A stretch of DNA of 64,000 nt. It comes from Abditibacterium sp. (lineage in GTDB: Bacteria > Armatimonadota > Abditibacteriia > Abditibacteriales > Abditibacteriaceae). Made by a program: the position numbers and the translations under genes. Below, piece after piece: positions 47,434 through 58,282 of the stretch. Under the pieces are notes generated by a model. It made no database searches. It saw nothing but the letters and a program-made list of their open reading frames with translations, and had not been told where the DNA came from. Every line of letters starts with the position of its first letter. The stretch's first letter is position 1. Location of the stretch: positions 3,264,001 through 3,328,000 of the forward strand of contig CBDASK010000003.1 of the NCBI GenBank assembly GCA_965199495.1, in the 5' to 3' direction.

Positions 47434-49899
47434 TCAACTCAAACCCACCGTTACATCCTGTTCGACTGGCGTCGTAACAGCCACGGCGCCTTCGACTTCG
47501 GGCGTGTCGGCGGGCAACAACACCAAATCAATCGCATCTTTCACGTCGGCGACGAAATGAAACTGCAAATCGGCTTTGGCTTCGGCGGGAATTTCCTGTA
47601 AATCGGCCTGATTTCGCTGCGGCAAAACAATCGTTTTAATGCCCGCCTGACGCGCGGCCAGAACTTTCTCTTTAACGCCTCCAACCGGCAACACGCGCCC
47701 GGTCAGCGTGACTTCGCCCGTCAGCGAAATATCGTGGCGCATCGGGCGATTCGACAGCAAACTCGCCAGAGCGCACGTCATCGCCACGCCCGCGCTGGGG
47801 CCGTCCTTGGGAATCGCGCCCGCCGGAACGTGAACGTGAATCGCGCCGCGTTCTTCGTTGTCGCCGCCGCCGACTTTGATGCCGGTTACGTCTTCGTGCG
47901 ACTTGAGATAATCGTAGGCGATTTGCGCCGATTCCTTCATCACGTCGCCCAATTGGCCGGTCATAGTCAAGCCTTTGCCGGGCATTTTGACGGTTTCGAT
48001 GAACAGAATTTCGCCGCCCATCGGCGTCCAAGCCATGCCAGTGGCGACTCCGATTTGCGCCTGACGACTGCCCATCTCCGGCTCGAACCGAATCGGGCCG
48101 AGATACTCGCTCAAATCGCCAACCGAAACCGTGATGCCCGCCGGTTGGCGTTTGCGGGTGCGGGCTTTTTCGGGATTCTTACTTTTGCGCTCGCGCTCGG
48201 CGACTTTACGCGAAACGTTAAACGCGACTTTGCGACACACGCGACCAATGGTGCGCTCCAAACTGCGCACGCCCGCCTCGCGGGTATAACCGCGCACAAT
48301 CGCGCTCAAAACCTCGTCGCCAATCGTCACGTCGTCGGGCAAAAGTCCGTTTTCTTCTTTTTGGCGCGGCAACAAATAACGCCGCGCAATCGCGACTTTC
48401 TCGGCTTCGGTGTAGCCGGGAATCGAGATGATTTCCATGCGGTCGCGTAATGGGCCGGGAATCGTGTCCAACACGTTGGCGGTCGTGATGAACATCACTT
48501 TGCTCAAATCCACCGGCACTTCGAGATAATGATCGCGAAAAGAATCGTTTTGCTGCGGGTCCAAAACTTCCAACAACGCGCTCGTTGGGTCGCCGCGATA
48601 ATCGCTGCCCAACTTATCTATTTCGTCCAGAATCATGACGGGATTATTGGTGCCCGCGTCGCGAAGTCCCTGAATAATGCGGCCCGGCATCGCGCCGATA
48701 TAGGTGCGGCGATGCCCGCGAATTTCGGCTTCGTCGCGCACGCCGCCCAGCGCCATGCGCACCCATTTGCGGCCCAGCGCGTGCGCGATAGAATGCGCCA
48801 GACTGGTTTTGCCCACGCCCGGCGGCCCAACGAAACACAAAATCGGGCCTTTGTTGTCGGGCTTCAAACGGCGCACCGCCAGATATTCCAAAACGCGCTC
48901 TTTCACGTCTTCGAGACCGTAATGCTCGGCTTCGAGAATCTCTTCGGCATGAGCCACGTCGAGGTTGTCGGGCGTTGAAACGCTCCACGGCACGCCCAAA
49001 AGCGCGTCCAAATAATTGCGCGTCGTGGCATATTCGGGCGAGGCCGAGGGAATGCGCGCCAACCGTTCCAGTTCGCGGTTGGCGGTTTTGAGCGCGACTT
49101 CGGGCATATTCGCCGCCTCGATTTGCGCGCGCAACTCCTCGATTTCTTGTTCCGAATCTTCGTCTTCGCCCAACTGTTTGCGAATCTCCTGCAACTGCTG
49201 GCGCAAAATATAATCGCGCTGTCCCTTATCCAATTCGCGGCGCGTTTCCGATTGGATTTGGTTGGTCAGTTCCAAAACCGAAATCTCTTTGGCCGTGAGT
49301 TCCGCCACACGCTTGAGGCGCGCTTCCACGTCCAGCGTTTCGAGCAGTTCCTGGCGCACGGGCAAATCAATGTTGAGCGCCGCCGCCACGAAATCGGCGA
49401 GCTTGCCGGGTTCTTCCTGCTCGCGCGCCGCGTGCATCGCTTCGTCGGGTAAAACCGGCGACAATTCAACGATCTGCTCGAAATCGCGCAACAGCGATTG
49501 CATCAACGCCTCGATTTGCGGCGTACGCTCGGTTGAGTCCACCAAAACTTCGACATCGGCGCGGGTGACATTATTTTCGACGGTGTAATTGGATGGCCGC
49601 ACGCGCGCCAAACCCTGCACGATGACCTGCGCCGTGCCATCAGGCATGCGCATCATGCGCACGAACGTCGCGGCGCATCCGATTTCGTGCAACTGTTGCG
49701 GCGCTGGCACTTCGGTTTCGGGTTCGCGCTGCAAAACCAACGTCGCCAAACGGTCGTCGGCCAGCGCCGCATCGAGCGCGCGTAGCGAGGCTTCGCGCCC
49801 GACCGATAGCGGCGCCATCATAAAAGGAAATAAGACGAGATTCGTCGTCGCCAACAGCGGCAGGCGCGACGGAATTTGGGGGATTTCTTGATCGGGCAT
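47434..49899 (-). CDS. lon: ATP-dependent protease Lon
   Basis: [32 protein letters not shown] at 49899. Confidence 0.96.
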   Translation of the reverse strand: MPDQEIPQIPSRLPLLATTNLVLFPFMMAPLSVGREASLRALDAALADDRLATLVLQREPETEVPAPQQLHEIGCAATFVRMMRMPDGTAQVIVQGLARVRPSNYTVENNVTRADVEVLVDSTERTPQIEALMQSLLRDFEQIVELSPVLPDEAMHAAREQEEPGKLADFVAAALNIDLPVRQELLETLDVEARLKRVAELTAKEISVLELTNQIQSETRRELDKGQRDYILRQQLQEIRKQLGEDEDSEQEIEELRAQIEAANMPEVALKTANRELERLARIPSASPEYATTRNYLDALLGVPWSVSTPDNLDVAHAEEILEAEHYGLEDVKERVLEYLAVRRLKPDNKGPILCFVGPPGVGKTSLAHSIAHALGRKWVRMALGGVRDEAEIRGHRRTYIGAMPGRIIQGLRDAGTNNPVMILDEIDKLGSDYRGDPTSALLEVLDPQQNDSFRDHYLEVPVDLSKVMFITTANVLDTIPGPLRDRMEIISIPGYTEAEKVAIARRYLLPRQKEENGLLPDDVTIGDEVLSAIVRGYTREAGVRSLERTIGRVCRKVAFNVSRKVAERERKSKNPEKARTRKRQPAGITVSVGDLSEYLGPIRFEPEMGSRQAQIGVATGMAWTPMGGEILFIETVKMPGKGLTMTGQLGDVMKESAQIAYDYLKSHEDVTGIKVGGGDNEERGAIHVHVPAGAIPKDGPSAGVAMTCALASLLSNRPMRHDISLTGEVTLTGRVLPVGGVKEKVLAARQAGIKTIVLPQRNQADLQEIPAEAKADLQFHFVADVKDAIDLVLLPADTPEVEGAVAVTTPVEQDVTVGLS

Positions 49900-49935
49900 T
49901 GTGGAATAAAAGGTTGTGGTTTTGGTTGAATCATC

Positions 49936-50052
49936 TTCTGCGCCTCGTAGAGACACCGATTTATCGTGTCTAAAACGTGAATGAATCCACGAATTTTGTA
50001 GGAGCTTTGACGTTTTAGACACGATAAATCGGTGTCTCTACGAGGCGCAGAA
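49936..50052. repeat. GTAG-type REP doublet, family B (second copy)
   Basis: Same GTAGAGACACCGATTTATCGTGTCTAAAA arms as 3484-3581, different spacer. Confidence 0.9.
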
Positions 50053-50079
50053 AAATTGAATTGAGAAGAATAAATGTCT

Positions 50080-50490
50080 TTAAGCCACATCAATTTTCAA
50101 GCGTTTGGGCGCCGGACGCGCCATACGCGGAATGTAAATCTGCAAAACGCCCGCGTCGTAAGTCGCCTTGATTTTGTCGCCGTCAACATCGGCGGGTAAA
50201 CGCAGAATGCGGCGGAAGCGACCATAAATCATTTCGACCAACTCGACGCGCGTGTGTGAAGGCAACGGCGGACGAACGCGATTGCCTTCGACGATCAAAT
50301 TATTGCCGTCGAGCGACAAATTCAAATCGTCCAATTGCAGGCCGGGCGCCTCGACTTGAACGAGCAGAGCGTCGGACATTTCGTAGATGTCCACTCTGGG
50401 TTGCCAGGTCGGCGCATCAAAAGAAAGCACCGCGTCGGACATCGCGGGGAGCGAGCCGAAGATTAAATGAGTGCGGATTCGTGAGGACAT
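50080..50490 (-). CDS. Hsp20/alpha-crystallin small heat-shock protein
   Basis: WQPRVDIYE, EMIYGRFRR, ATYDAGVLQIYIP. Confidence 0.9.
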   Translation of the reverse strand: MSSRIRTHLIFGSLPAMSDAVLSFDAPTWQPRVDIYEMSDALLVQVEAPGLQLDDLNLSLDGNNLIVEGNRVRPPLPSHTRVELVEMIYGRFRRILRLPADVDGDKIKATYDAGVLQIYIPRMARPAPKRLKIDVA

Positions 50491-50495
50491 AAAAT

Positions 50496-51056
50496 TTATC
50501 CCGCGTAGCGGAACTGGGAATCGTCGGAGTAGGCGCGGGCGATGCGACGGGCGATGTCGGGAATCGTGTCTTTGTCGGTCTGCACGACCAAACTGGCGCA
50601 ATTCAGATAAATCTCTTCGCGATCCGCCAACAGTTCCTCGACGCGCTTTTGCGTGGCTTCGAGCGAGAGTTCGCCGTCGCCATCAATGAGCGGGCGCTTG
50701 CCCGGCGAGCGGCGAATGCGCGCGGCCAAAACCGGCGCCGAGGTTTGCAAATAAACGACCATCGCGCCTTGGTCAATGGCGTTATCCAGCACTTCGCGAT
50801 TCTGCTCGCGCATCGGCACGCCGCCGCCCAACGATATGGCGCCGCGCCGACTGGCGACCTGCGCCAGATGCTGCGTTTCGAGTTCGCGAAACTTGTCTTC
50901 GCCGTATTGCGCGAAATAATTGGCGATGGAGCAGCCGATTTGCCGCTCGATGCGCGCGTCCAAATCCACGAACGGCACGCCCAACTGGCGCGCCAACGAG
51001 CGAGCCACGGCGCTCTTGCCGCAACCCATAAAGCCCATCAGGAAAATTGGTTTCAT
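50496..51056 (-). CDS. aroK: Shikimate kinase
   Basis: GFMGCGKS, DLD, GE..FR..E, LGGG, RPL. Confidence 0.93.
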   Translation of the reverse strand: MKPIFLMGFMGCGKSAVARSLARQLGVPFVDLDARIERQIGCSIANYFAQYGEDKFRELETQHLAQVASRRGAISLGGGVPMREQNREVLDNAIDQGAMVVYLQTSAPVLAARIRRSPGKRPLIDGDGELSLEATQKRVEELLADREEIYLNCASLVVQTDKDTIPDIARRIARAYSDDSQFRYAG

Positions 51057-51063
51057 GTTTTTA

Positions 51064-51174
51064 AGGGACAAGGTTCAAGGGACAGGGAACAAGGTAAAAC
51101 AAGTTTAAAACGAAGAATTTTCCTCATCATCATGAAATTTCTTACTTGTCCCCTGTTCCTTGAACCTTGTCCCC
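51064..51174. repeat. Heptamer-unit palindrome (GGGACAA/GGTTCAA)
   Basis: GGGACAAGGTTCAAGGGACAGGG...CCCTGTTCCTTGAACCTTGTCCC. Confidence 0.8.
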
Positions 51175-51176
51175 CT

Positions 51177-52436
51177 TCAGCGCACTTGTCCATTGCCCCG
51201 CACCAGATATTTCGTCGTCGTCAACGATTCCAAACCCATCGGCCCGCGCGCGTGCAACTTTTGCGTCGAAATCCCGACTTCGGCGCCCAACCCGAACTCG
51301 TAGCCGTCGGTGAAGCGCGTCGAGGCGTTGACGTAAACCGCCGCCGCGTCCACTTCGTTCAAGAACCGTTCCGCGTTGGCGTAATCGCGCGTAATTATTG
51401 CCTCAGAGTGCGCGGTGCCGTGGGTCGCGATATGTTCCATCGCTTCGTCTAAATCGGCGACGATCTTAATCGCCAACGTCAAATCGAGATATTCGGCGCC
51501 CCAGTCATCCGCCGTGGCTGATTGGATCGAAGGCATAATTGCACGCGCACTTTCATCACCGCGCAATTCAACATTCGCTGCGAAAAACTGCGCGGACATC
51601 GCGGGCAAAAACTGCGCGGCGACGCTTTGATGAACCAGCAGCGTTTCGACCGCATTGCACGCCGACGGGCCGTTAGTTTTGGCATTAAACACGACCTCGC
51701 GCGCCATTTCCAAATCGGCGAATTGGTCAACGTAAACGTGACAAACGCCGCCCGCCGCGAAAATCACCGGGACGGTCGCGACTTCCATCAACGTCTTTTT
51801 CAAGCCTTCGCCGCCGCGCGGAATAATCAAATCAACCAAACCTTTTTGCGTGGCGAGCAGACTCGAAGCCGCGCGGTCTGTGGTTTGGACAAAGCCAATC
51901 GCGCCATCGGGAAAACCGGCGTCTTGCGCGGCGCGGTCTATGATTTCGCTCAACACGCGATTAGTTTCGATGGCTTCGCTGCCACCGCGCAGAATGACGG
52001 CGTTGCCCGCTTTAAGCGCCAAAATCGCCGCGTCAACTGTGACGTTGGGCCGCGATTCGTAAATCACCGCGACAACGCCCAATGGCACGCGCACGCGTTC
52101 GATTTTCAAACCGTTGGGCCGGTTTTCGCCGTCCAACACGCGGCCAATTGGGTCGGGCAGAGCAGCCACGTCGCGGCAACCCTGCGCCATCGCGGCGATT
52201 TTGGCGTCGGTCAACGTCAGCCGATTGAGCAAAGCCGTGCCGATACCTTTGCGCGCGCCGTTTTCGACATCTATTTGGTTGGCAGCGAAAATCGCGTCGC
52301 GGTTGTCGCAAATCGCCGTCGCCATCGCTTCGAGCGCAGCGTTTTTAGCGGCGCTCGATAAGTTCGCGAGGGCGCGTGAGGCCAATTTCGCGGCGCGCGC
52401 GAGTTGTTCTGTTTCGTGGGCGGTTTCTTGTTCCAT
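51177..52436 (-). CDS. proA: Gamma-glutamyl phosphate reductase
   Basis: VPLGVVAVIYESRPNVT, SACNAVET, NASTRFTDG, GISTQKLHARGPMGL. Confidence 0.96.
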   Translation of the reverse strand: MEQETAHETEQLARAAKLASRALANLSSAAKNAALEAMATAICDNRDAIFAANQIDVENGARKGIGTALLNRLTLTDAKIAAMAQGCRDVAALPDPIGRVLDGENRPNGLKIERVRVPLGVVAVIYESRPNVTVDAAILALKAGNAVILRGGSEAIETNRVLSEIIDRAAQDAGFPDGAIGFVQTTDRAASSLLATQKGLVDLIIPRGGEGLKKTLMEVATVPVIFAAGGVCHVYVDQFADLEMAREVVFNAKTNGPSACNAVETLLVHQSVAAQFLPAMSAQFFAANVELRGDESARAIMPSIQSATADDWGAEYLDLTLAIKIVADLDEAMEHIATHGTAHSEAIITRDYANAERFLNEVDAAAVYVNASTRFTDGYEFGLGAEVGISTQKLHARGPMGLESLTTTKYLVRGNGQVR

Positions 52437-52482
52437 ATAAGGGAGTATAAAAGGTGGAACTTTTATGCTTCGTGTTTCGCAC

Positions 52483-52784
52483 TTTTGGCGGGGCTGGCTC
52501 CGATGGCATTACATTAAGGTTTCGGTTATTATAACTCACACCCCCTCTGCCTTCGCACTGCCCTGGCTCCGCCGGGCGCCCACCCCCTCCGAGAGGGGAA
52601 GAATGCCTCAGTGACTTTTGTCGCTTCGCATTTACAAAGTCAGTTCCGAAACGTGATGAGGCATTCTTCCCCTCTCGGAGGGGGTGGGCGCCCGGCGGAG
52701 CCAGGGCAGTGCGAAGGCAGAGGGGGTGTGAGTTATAATAACCGAAACCTTAATGTAATGCCATCGGAGCCAGCCCCGCCAAAA
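52483..52784. repeat. Perfect 128-bp inverted repeat with 46-bp spacer
   Basis: 52483-52610 reads as the exact reverse complement of 52657-52784. Confidence 0.9.
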
Positions 52785-52786
52785 AC

Positions 52787-52819
52787 AAAAAAGGCGACCC
52801 CATTTGGGTCGCCTTTTTT
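52787..52819 (-). terminator. Intrinsic terminator after LysR gene
   Basis: AAAAAAGGCGACCC...GGGTCGCCTTTTTT. Confidence 0.8.
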
Positions 52820-52835
52820 ACGCGTCAAATCCAAA

Positions 52836-53732
52836 TTATTCGCTATCTTTGTCTTTGTCGGGCGTGAGAATGTTGACAAAGGCGCGCATCGCTTTGAAAC
52901 GCGGCGCGTTTTTGAGCAACAAAATTCCCAACGGACGCTCGATTTTGGTGTCTTTGAGGTCAATCATGCGCAGACCTTTTTCGTGGTCTTCCGCCGACAG
53001 CGAGTTGCGTGGCAACAGCGCGATGCCGTAGCCGATTTCGATCATCTGTTTCAAAACTTCGATGTTATCGCATTCGGTTCGCACGTTGACGGTGATGCCC
53101 TGTTCGGCCAAAACCGCGTCAGTTGCGCTGCGCGTTGGAGTTTCTTCGGTGAATTGCACGAAATTTTGTCCATCTAACTCGGACAGCGCCACGCTTTTTT
53201 GGCTGGCAAACGCATGATCCTTCATACAGACAATCGCCAAGTCGTCCGTCGCGAAATCGCGCGTTTCGATGCGCGACATTTCGGTCGGATAAGCGACAAT
53301 TCCGACATCAATATCGCCCGCCAAAAGTTCGCGGTAAATGTCATCGGAAGTGCGATATTCGATGCGCAGGTTGACACCGGGATATTTGGTCAAAAAGGCT
53401 TTGACGTAGGGCGGCAATTCGTAAAGCCCAACCGAGTGAACCGAAGCCACGCGTACCAGACCAGAAACTTCCTGTCTGGTCTCGCGCACGGCCTCTTTGG
53501 CTTCTTCGGCGCTTTTGAGCATGTCCTGCGCGTAAGGCAGCAGTTTTTGACCGGCTTCGAGTAGCGTCACCGCGCGCGTGGTGCGGTGAAAAAGCGGCAC
53601 GCCCAATTCGCTTTCCAGCTTGCGAATTTGCAGTGTGACGGCGGCCTGAGTCACGTAGTTCTCGTTGGCGACCTGCGTGAAATTCTTGCGCTCGGCCAAG
53701 TCTACGAAGAGTTTGAGTTGATATAGTTCCAT
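52836..53732 (-). CDS. LysR-family transcriptional regulator
   Basis: NFTQVA...TQAAVT.QIRKLE.ELG..LF.R HTH; substrate-binding domain. Confidence 0.93.
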   Translation of the reverse strand: MELYQLKLFVDLAERKNFTQVANENYVTQAAVTLQIRKLESELGVPLFHRTTRAVTLLEAGQKLLPYAQDMLKSAEEAKEAVRETRQEVSGLVRVASVHSVGLYELPPYVKAFLTKYPGVNLRIEYRTSDDIYRELLAGDIDVGIVAYPTEMSRIETRDFATDDLAIVCMKDHAFASQKSVALSELDGQNFVQFTEETPTRSATDAVLAEQGITVNVRTECDNIEVLKQMIEIGYGIALLPRNSLSAEDHEKGLRMIDLKDTKIERPLGILLLKNAPRFKAMRAFVNILTPDKDKDSE

Positions 53733-53963
53733 ATTGGCGCCTGAGGCAATGGTTTTGGCACTCTCCCATTACAGAGTTTGTAATTACTGCCAAAAGATTT
53801 GCCCGTTACTTTATTTTAACCCATTGCGAAAAAATTGCGTCTTCTTCGCGTCCGACTGGATTCAAGCGCCCACAGTTGTGCATTTTCGGGGCCGCTTTTG
53901 CCCAGAGAAAAAAGCCGGATTGTAAAATCGAGAACGGCTTTGGTTTTGCCAAAGTTTGGCGCC

Positions 53964-54464
53964 GTGAAACCTTCTCAACTTTCGCGCGAACTGCGCACCG
54001 GCCAATCCGCCGAACTCAACAATCGCCGCCTGATCGTCGGCCTTTCGTTAATTGGCGTGGGCATGGCGCAAATCGTCTCGCTTTATCAGGTCGGCATCAT
54101 CAAACATTTGCCCGACCCTCCGCTCGATGTTTTCGATTCCGACAAAGTGGATGCTTCGGATTACGCCTACAAACGCTTTGGGACACCCGACGGTTTTTTG
54201 ATGCTGATGAGTTATGCAGCCACGGCGACTCTGGCGGGCGCGGGCGGCGAAAAACGAAGCCAGACGCATCCGTTAGTATCGCTCGCGATGGGCGCCAAAA
54301 TCGCGCTCGATTTGTTGTCGGCGGCAGAGTTGGCGCGCGAAGAGTGGCAAGACAACAAAAAATTGTGCGCTTACTGCCAAACCGCGACTCTGGCTTCGAT
54401 TGGCTCGTTGTGGTTGGCGTGGCCCGAAATCAAAAGCGCATGGGAAAACTGGCGCGGCGGCTGA
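53964..54464 (+). CDS. VKOR-family membrane protein
   Basis: LYQ.GII.HLPDPP...FDSDKV, LCAYC motif; likely GTG start at 53964. Confidence 0.82.
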   Translation: MKPSQLSRELRTGQSAELNNRRLIVGLSLIGVGMAQIVSLYQVGIIKHLPDPPLDVFDSDKVDASDYAYKRFGTPDGFLMLMSYAATATLAGAGGEKRSQTHPLVSLAMGAKIALDLLSAAELAREEWQDNKKLCAYCQTATLASIGSLWLAWPEIKSAWENWRGG

Positions 54465-54471
54465 GCGAACT

Positions 54472-55236
54472 TTAAATTCGCCGCGCCACCCAAAACCAAC
54501 GCTCCGATTTCTCGTGCGGCGGATTAATCGTATAAGCATCGTAAATTTTCAAGGTTTCCCAGCCGGTGGCTGCTAACATCGCCTCGACTTCTTCTAACCC
54601 ATAAGCGCGCTCGCGATGCGTTTCGCTGAACTTGCGGGCGACGCCGTTTTCGTCGGTGCGCACGAAACTCATGGCGACTTCGGTAATTTTCGTCGCCGCA
54701 TTATAAGTCGCACGCCAATCGTATTGCAGCGGTTTGCGCGGGTCGAACGAACGTTGCGTGAACAAATTCGCCGTCAAAGCGAGCGGCGTGTTCATATCGA
54801 AAACCAAAACGCCGCCCTTTTCGACGTGTCTGGCAAAACTGGCGAACGCCGCCTCTAATTTTGCCGGATCGAGAATATAATTGAGCGAATCGTAAAGGCA
54901 AGTCGCGCAATCGAATGTTTCGTTTAAGTCGAAATCGGTCAAATCGGCTTCGATGAACCGAATCGGACGCGGAAATTCGAGAGCTTTAATTTTGGCGATT
55001 TCGATCATCGCGGGCGCGATGTCAACGCCGGTGACGGAAATATCGCTTTTGGCGAGTTCAAACGACAAGTTGCCGGTTCCACACGCGCCGTCCAACAATT
55101 TAATCGGATCGTGTTCGGCGATTTGAAAGAGTAAAAGCACGTAATCTGCCCACGCGTCGTAGGGCACGATTTGCATCAGTTCGTCGTAGTGCGGCGCCAG
55201 AGCCGTAAATTGCGTGGGAGATTGGCCGTTGTTCAT
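54472..55236 (-). CDS. Class I SAM-dependent methyltransferase
   Basis: LDGACGTG, GVDI, DSLNY, GGVLVFD, HRERAY. Confidence 0.9.
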   Translation of the reverse strand: MNNGQSPTQFTALAPHYDELMQIVPYDAWADYVLLLFQIAEHDPIKLLDGACGTGNLSFELAKSDISVTGVDIAPAMIEIAKIKALEFPRPIRFIEADLTDFDLNETFDCATCLYDSLNYILDPAKLEAAFASFARHVEKGGVLVFDMNTPLALTANLFTQRSFDPRKPLQYDWRATYNAATKITEVAMSFVRTDENGVARKFSETHRERAYGLEEVEAMLAATGWETLKIYDAYTINPPHEKSERWFWVARRI

Positions 55237-55308
55237 CGAAAGGTGTGCGTTAGTTTACGAACTGGCTCTCGTATGTGGGCCAGCGACTTGCTTTAAACTG
55301 CGCTTCAC

Positions 55309-56832
55309 ATGACAACACTTTCGGCGCCCATCGCGGGCGCGGCGCACCCGCAGTTGCAGGAATTGCGCGAAATTCTCACGCAGGCCAACGATTTAAACGG
55401 CGCCGCTTCGCTGCTCCATTGGGATCAGGCGACGTATATGCCGCCGGGCGGTGCGGCGGCGCGCGGGCGACAACTTGCCACTCTTTCGCGTTTGGCGCAC
55501 GAAACATTTATTCAACCGCGCGTCGGCGAACTTTTGGAAGCGTTGCGGGCTTTGGAAAACGAATCCGATCCCGATGGCTTTGATGCGGCGCTAATTCGCG
55601 TATCGCGGCGCGATTACGAAAAAGCCGCACGCATCCCGACCGAGTTCGAGGCGCGCTTTTCGGAGCATTGCGCCCTCGCCTACGAGACTTGGACGCGCGC
55701 GCGGCCCGCGAACGATTGGAATTTGATTCGTCCGGTTTTGGAGCAAACGCTCGATTTGTCGCGCGAACTAACGAGTTTTACGCCGCACGAACATCCCGCC
55801 GACCCGCTCATTGACGACAGCGATCCGGGCTTTACCGCCGCGCAAATCAGCGCTTTATTTGGTCAGTTGCGCGACGAACTCGTGCCTTTGGTGTCCGACG
55901 TGGCTGCACGCGGCGCCGCCGATGACGCGGTTTTGCGCGGAAATTTTAGCATCCAATCGCAGCGCCAATTCGCGCGCGATGTCGTCGGCGATTTGGGCTA
56001 CTCGTTCGAGCGCGGGCGCATGGACGCGACGCACCATCCGTTTATGACCAAGTTTTCGCTGGGCGATGTGCGCATCACCATTCGCGAGGACGAAAGCGAA
56101 GTTTCGAGCCTATTTCTGGGCGCGATTCACGAGGCGGGACATGCGATGTATGAACAGGGGATTTCTCCAATTTATGAAGCCACGCCACTCGCCAACGGCG
56201 CTTCGAGCGGTTTGCACGAAAGCCAATCGCGCCTGTGGGAAAACTTCGTCGGGCGCTCGCCGCAGTTTTGGGAGTTCTATTATCCCAAGTTTCAGGCGCT
56301 GTTTCCGCAATTAGAAAGCGTGAAATTGGATGAGTTTTTGCGCGCGCTTAACCGCAGCGAGCAAACCTTGATTCGCACCGAAGCCGACGAGTTGACTTAC
56401 AATTTGCACGTTATGATTCGGTTCGATTTGGAATTGCAGATGTTAGATGGGCGTCTCGACATCAAAGATTTGCCCGATGCCTGGAACGCGCGTTACCAAT
56501 CGGATTTGGGCGTGACGGTGCCCGATTACAATCACGGATGTTTGCAGGATGTGCATTGGTTTAGCGGCCCGATTGGCGGCGCGTTTCAATGCTACACGCT
56601 GGGCAACATTTTGTCAGCGCAGTTCTTCGAGGCAGCCACGCGCGCTCAACCTTCGATTCCCGATGATATGACGCGCGGCGAATTTGGCGCTTTGCGCGAT
56701 TGGTTGACCGGCAATTTATATCGTTTTGGCCGCGCGCGCGAGCCGCAACAACTCATCGAAAGCGCGGTTGGCGGGCCGCTCGATATTGCGCCCTATATGA
56801 ATTATTTGCGCGATAAATATGATTGTCAGTAA
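55309..56832 (+). CDS. Carboxypeptidase M32 (Taq-like)
   Basis: WDQ.TYMP, HPF, HEAGH, HESQS, IRTEADE, QDVHW. Confidence 0.95.
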   Translation: MTTLSAPIAGAAHPQLQELREILTQANDLNGAASLLHWDQATYMPPGGAAARGRQLATLSRLAHETFIQPRVGELLEALRALENESDPDGFDAALIRVSRRDYEKAARIPTEFEARFSEHCALAYETWTRARPANDWNLIRPVLEQTLDLSRELTSFTPHEHPADPLIDDSDPGFTAAQISALFGQLRDELVPLVSDVAARGAADDAVLRGNFSIQSQRQFARDVVGDLGYSFERGRMDATHHPFMTKFSLGDVRITIREDESEVSSLFLGAIHEAGHAMYEQGISPIYEATPLANGASSGLHESQSRLWENFVGRSPQFWEFYYPKFQALFPQLESVKLDEFLRALNRSEQTLIRTEADELTYNLHVMIRFDLELQMLDGRLDIKDLPDAWNARYQSDLGVTVPDYNHGCLQDVHWFSGPIGGAFQCYTLGNILSAQFFEAATRAQPSIPDDMTRGEFGALRDWLTGNLYRFGRAREPQQLIESAVGGPLDIAPYMNYLRDKYDCQ

Positions 56833-56939
56833 GTCATTTTTCTGTCAAGTCGGAGCGCAACTGATTGGGCAGAAATGGCTCCAACTGTTAAGATATTGGG
56901 CGTGATTTGCGAAGTCGAAAGGGAAAGAAAAGTTTGTCT

Positions 56940-58187
56940 ATGCCGAAAGTTGCCATTGTCCACGATTTTTTGATGCAGATGGGCGGCGCCGAAAAGGTCG
57001 TCGAAGTTTTGCACGAAATGTATCCTGACGCGCCCATCTACACGTCGGCGTTCGACCGCGACGCGATGCCCGCGCACTATCGCGATTGGGATGTTCACAC
57101 CACGTTTTTGCAGCGTTTGCCGCTCAAACGGCGCACGCACCGCGCGGCGCTTTTGCTTTATCCGGCAGCTTTTGAATCGTTCGATTTATCGCGCTTCGAT
57201 TTGGTCATTTCGTCGTCGTCGTGGTTCGCTAAAGGCGTGATTACGCAGCCGCATACCACGCACATTTGCTATACGCACACGCCGATGCGCCTCGCGTGGA
57301 TGCCTAACTCCTACATGAAAGAGGAGCGCATTTCGATGATGATGCGCACCCTGATGGCGCCCGGCCTGAATTATCTGCGCACCTGGGACGTGCAGGCTTC
57401 GATGCGCGTGGATCATTATGTCGCCAACTCGCGCATTGTGGCCGACCGCATCCAGAAATTTTACCGCCGCGAAAGCTCCGTTATCGCGCCGCCCGTTGAT
57501 ACCAATCGCTTTTACATTTCGCCCGAAACCGACGATTATTACATTATGGTCACGCGGCTGGCGCCCTACAAGCGTTTGGATTTGGCCGTGCAAGCGTTGA
57601 CGCAATTGGGTCGTCCGCTCAAGATTGTCGGGACGGGGCGTTATATGGATCAATTGAAGAAAATCGCCGGGCCAAAAGTCGAGTTTCTGGGCCGCGTCTC
57701 CGATGCCGAACTGCCGACTTTGTTGGCGCGCGCCAAAGCCTACATCATGCCGGGCATGGAAGATTTTGGCATCGCGCCCGTCGAAGCCAACGCCGCCGGG
57801 CGCCCGGTCATCGCGCTGGGCGTGGGCGGCGCCTTGGATTCGCAAATTGATGGCGTGACCGGCGTTTTGTTTCCCGAACCGACGGTGGAATCGTTGATAG
57901 AAGCCATCCATCGCGCCGACCAAATCGCGTTCGATCCGGCGCAAATTCGCGCGCACGCACAGAGTTTCGACCGCGAAACTTTCAAGGCGCGCATGAGCGA
58001 TTTCATCGCGCGCGTCGGCTCGTCGGGCGCCAGTTCACATTTCGCCGACGACGAAATGGATTCGAGCCGAACCCGCGAACGCAGTGGTTTGATCCATCTT
58101 TTGCCGCGTCGTGCGCCGTCTTCTGCGCCGCCCGCGTCCAAATCGCAGACGCCGCCCGCCAATGGGACTTCGGGACGCGGAGAGTGA
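56940..58187 (+). CDS. Glycosyltransferase family 4
   Basis: VAIVHD...GGAE, CYTHTPMR, RL.PYKR, EDFGIAPVEA. Confidence 0.92.
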   Translation: MPKVAIVHDFLMQMGGAEKVVEVLHEMYPDAPIYTSAFDRDAMPAHYRDWDVHTTFLQRLPLKRRTHRAALLLYPAAFESFDLSRFDLVISSSSWFAKGVITQPHTTHICYTHTPMRLAWMPNSYMKEERISMMMRTLMAPGLNYLRTWDVQASMRVDHYVANSRIVADRIQKFYRRESSVIAPPVDTNRFYISPETDDYYIMVTRLAPYKRLDLAVQALTQLGRPLKIVGTGRYMDQLKKIAGPKVEFLGRVSDAELPTLLARAKAYIMPGMEDFGIAPVEANAAGRPVIALGVGGALDSQIDGVTGVLFPEPTVESLIEAIHRADQIAFDPAQIRAHAQSFDRETFKARMSDFIARVGSSGASSHFADDEMDSSRTRERSGLIHLLPRRAPSSAPPASKSQTPPANGTSGRGE

Positions 58188-58194
58188 GATAGTT

Positions 58195-58250
58195 TTGAGG
58201 GCAAGCGAGAAGGTTAGGGAGAGGGAATAAACCTCTCGCTTGCCCTCAAA
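58195..58250. repeat. Intergenic hairpin within the EPS locus
   Basis: TTTGAGGGCAAGCGAGA...TCTCGCTTGCCCTCAAA. Confidence 0.7.
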
Positions 58251-58282
58251 CATAAGCCGCAAACCCAAACCGCCCGCTCGCA

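Noticed and set aside
52611..53177. 188-aa plus-strand ORF and its 64-aa mirror at 52345-52539
   Set aside because: Products of the inverted repeat and antisense to the LysR gene.
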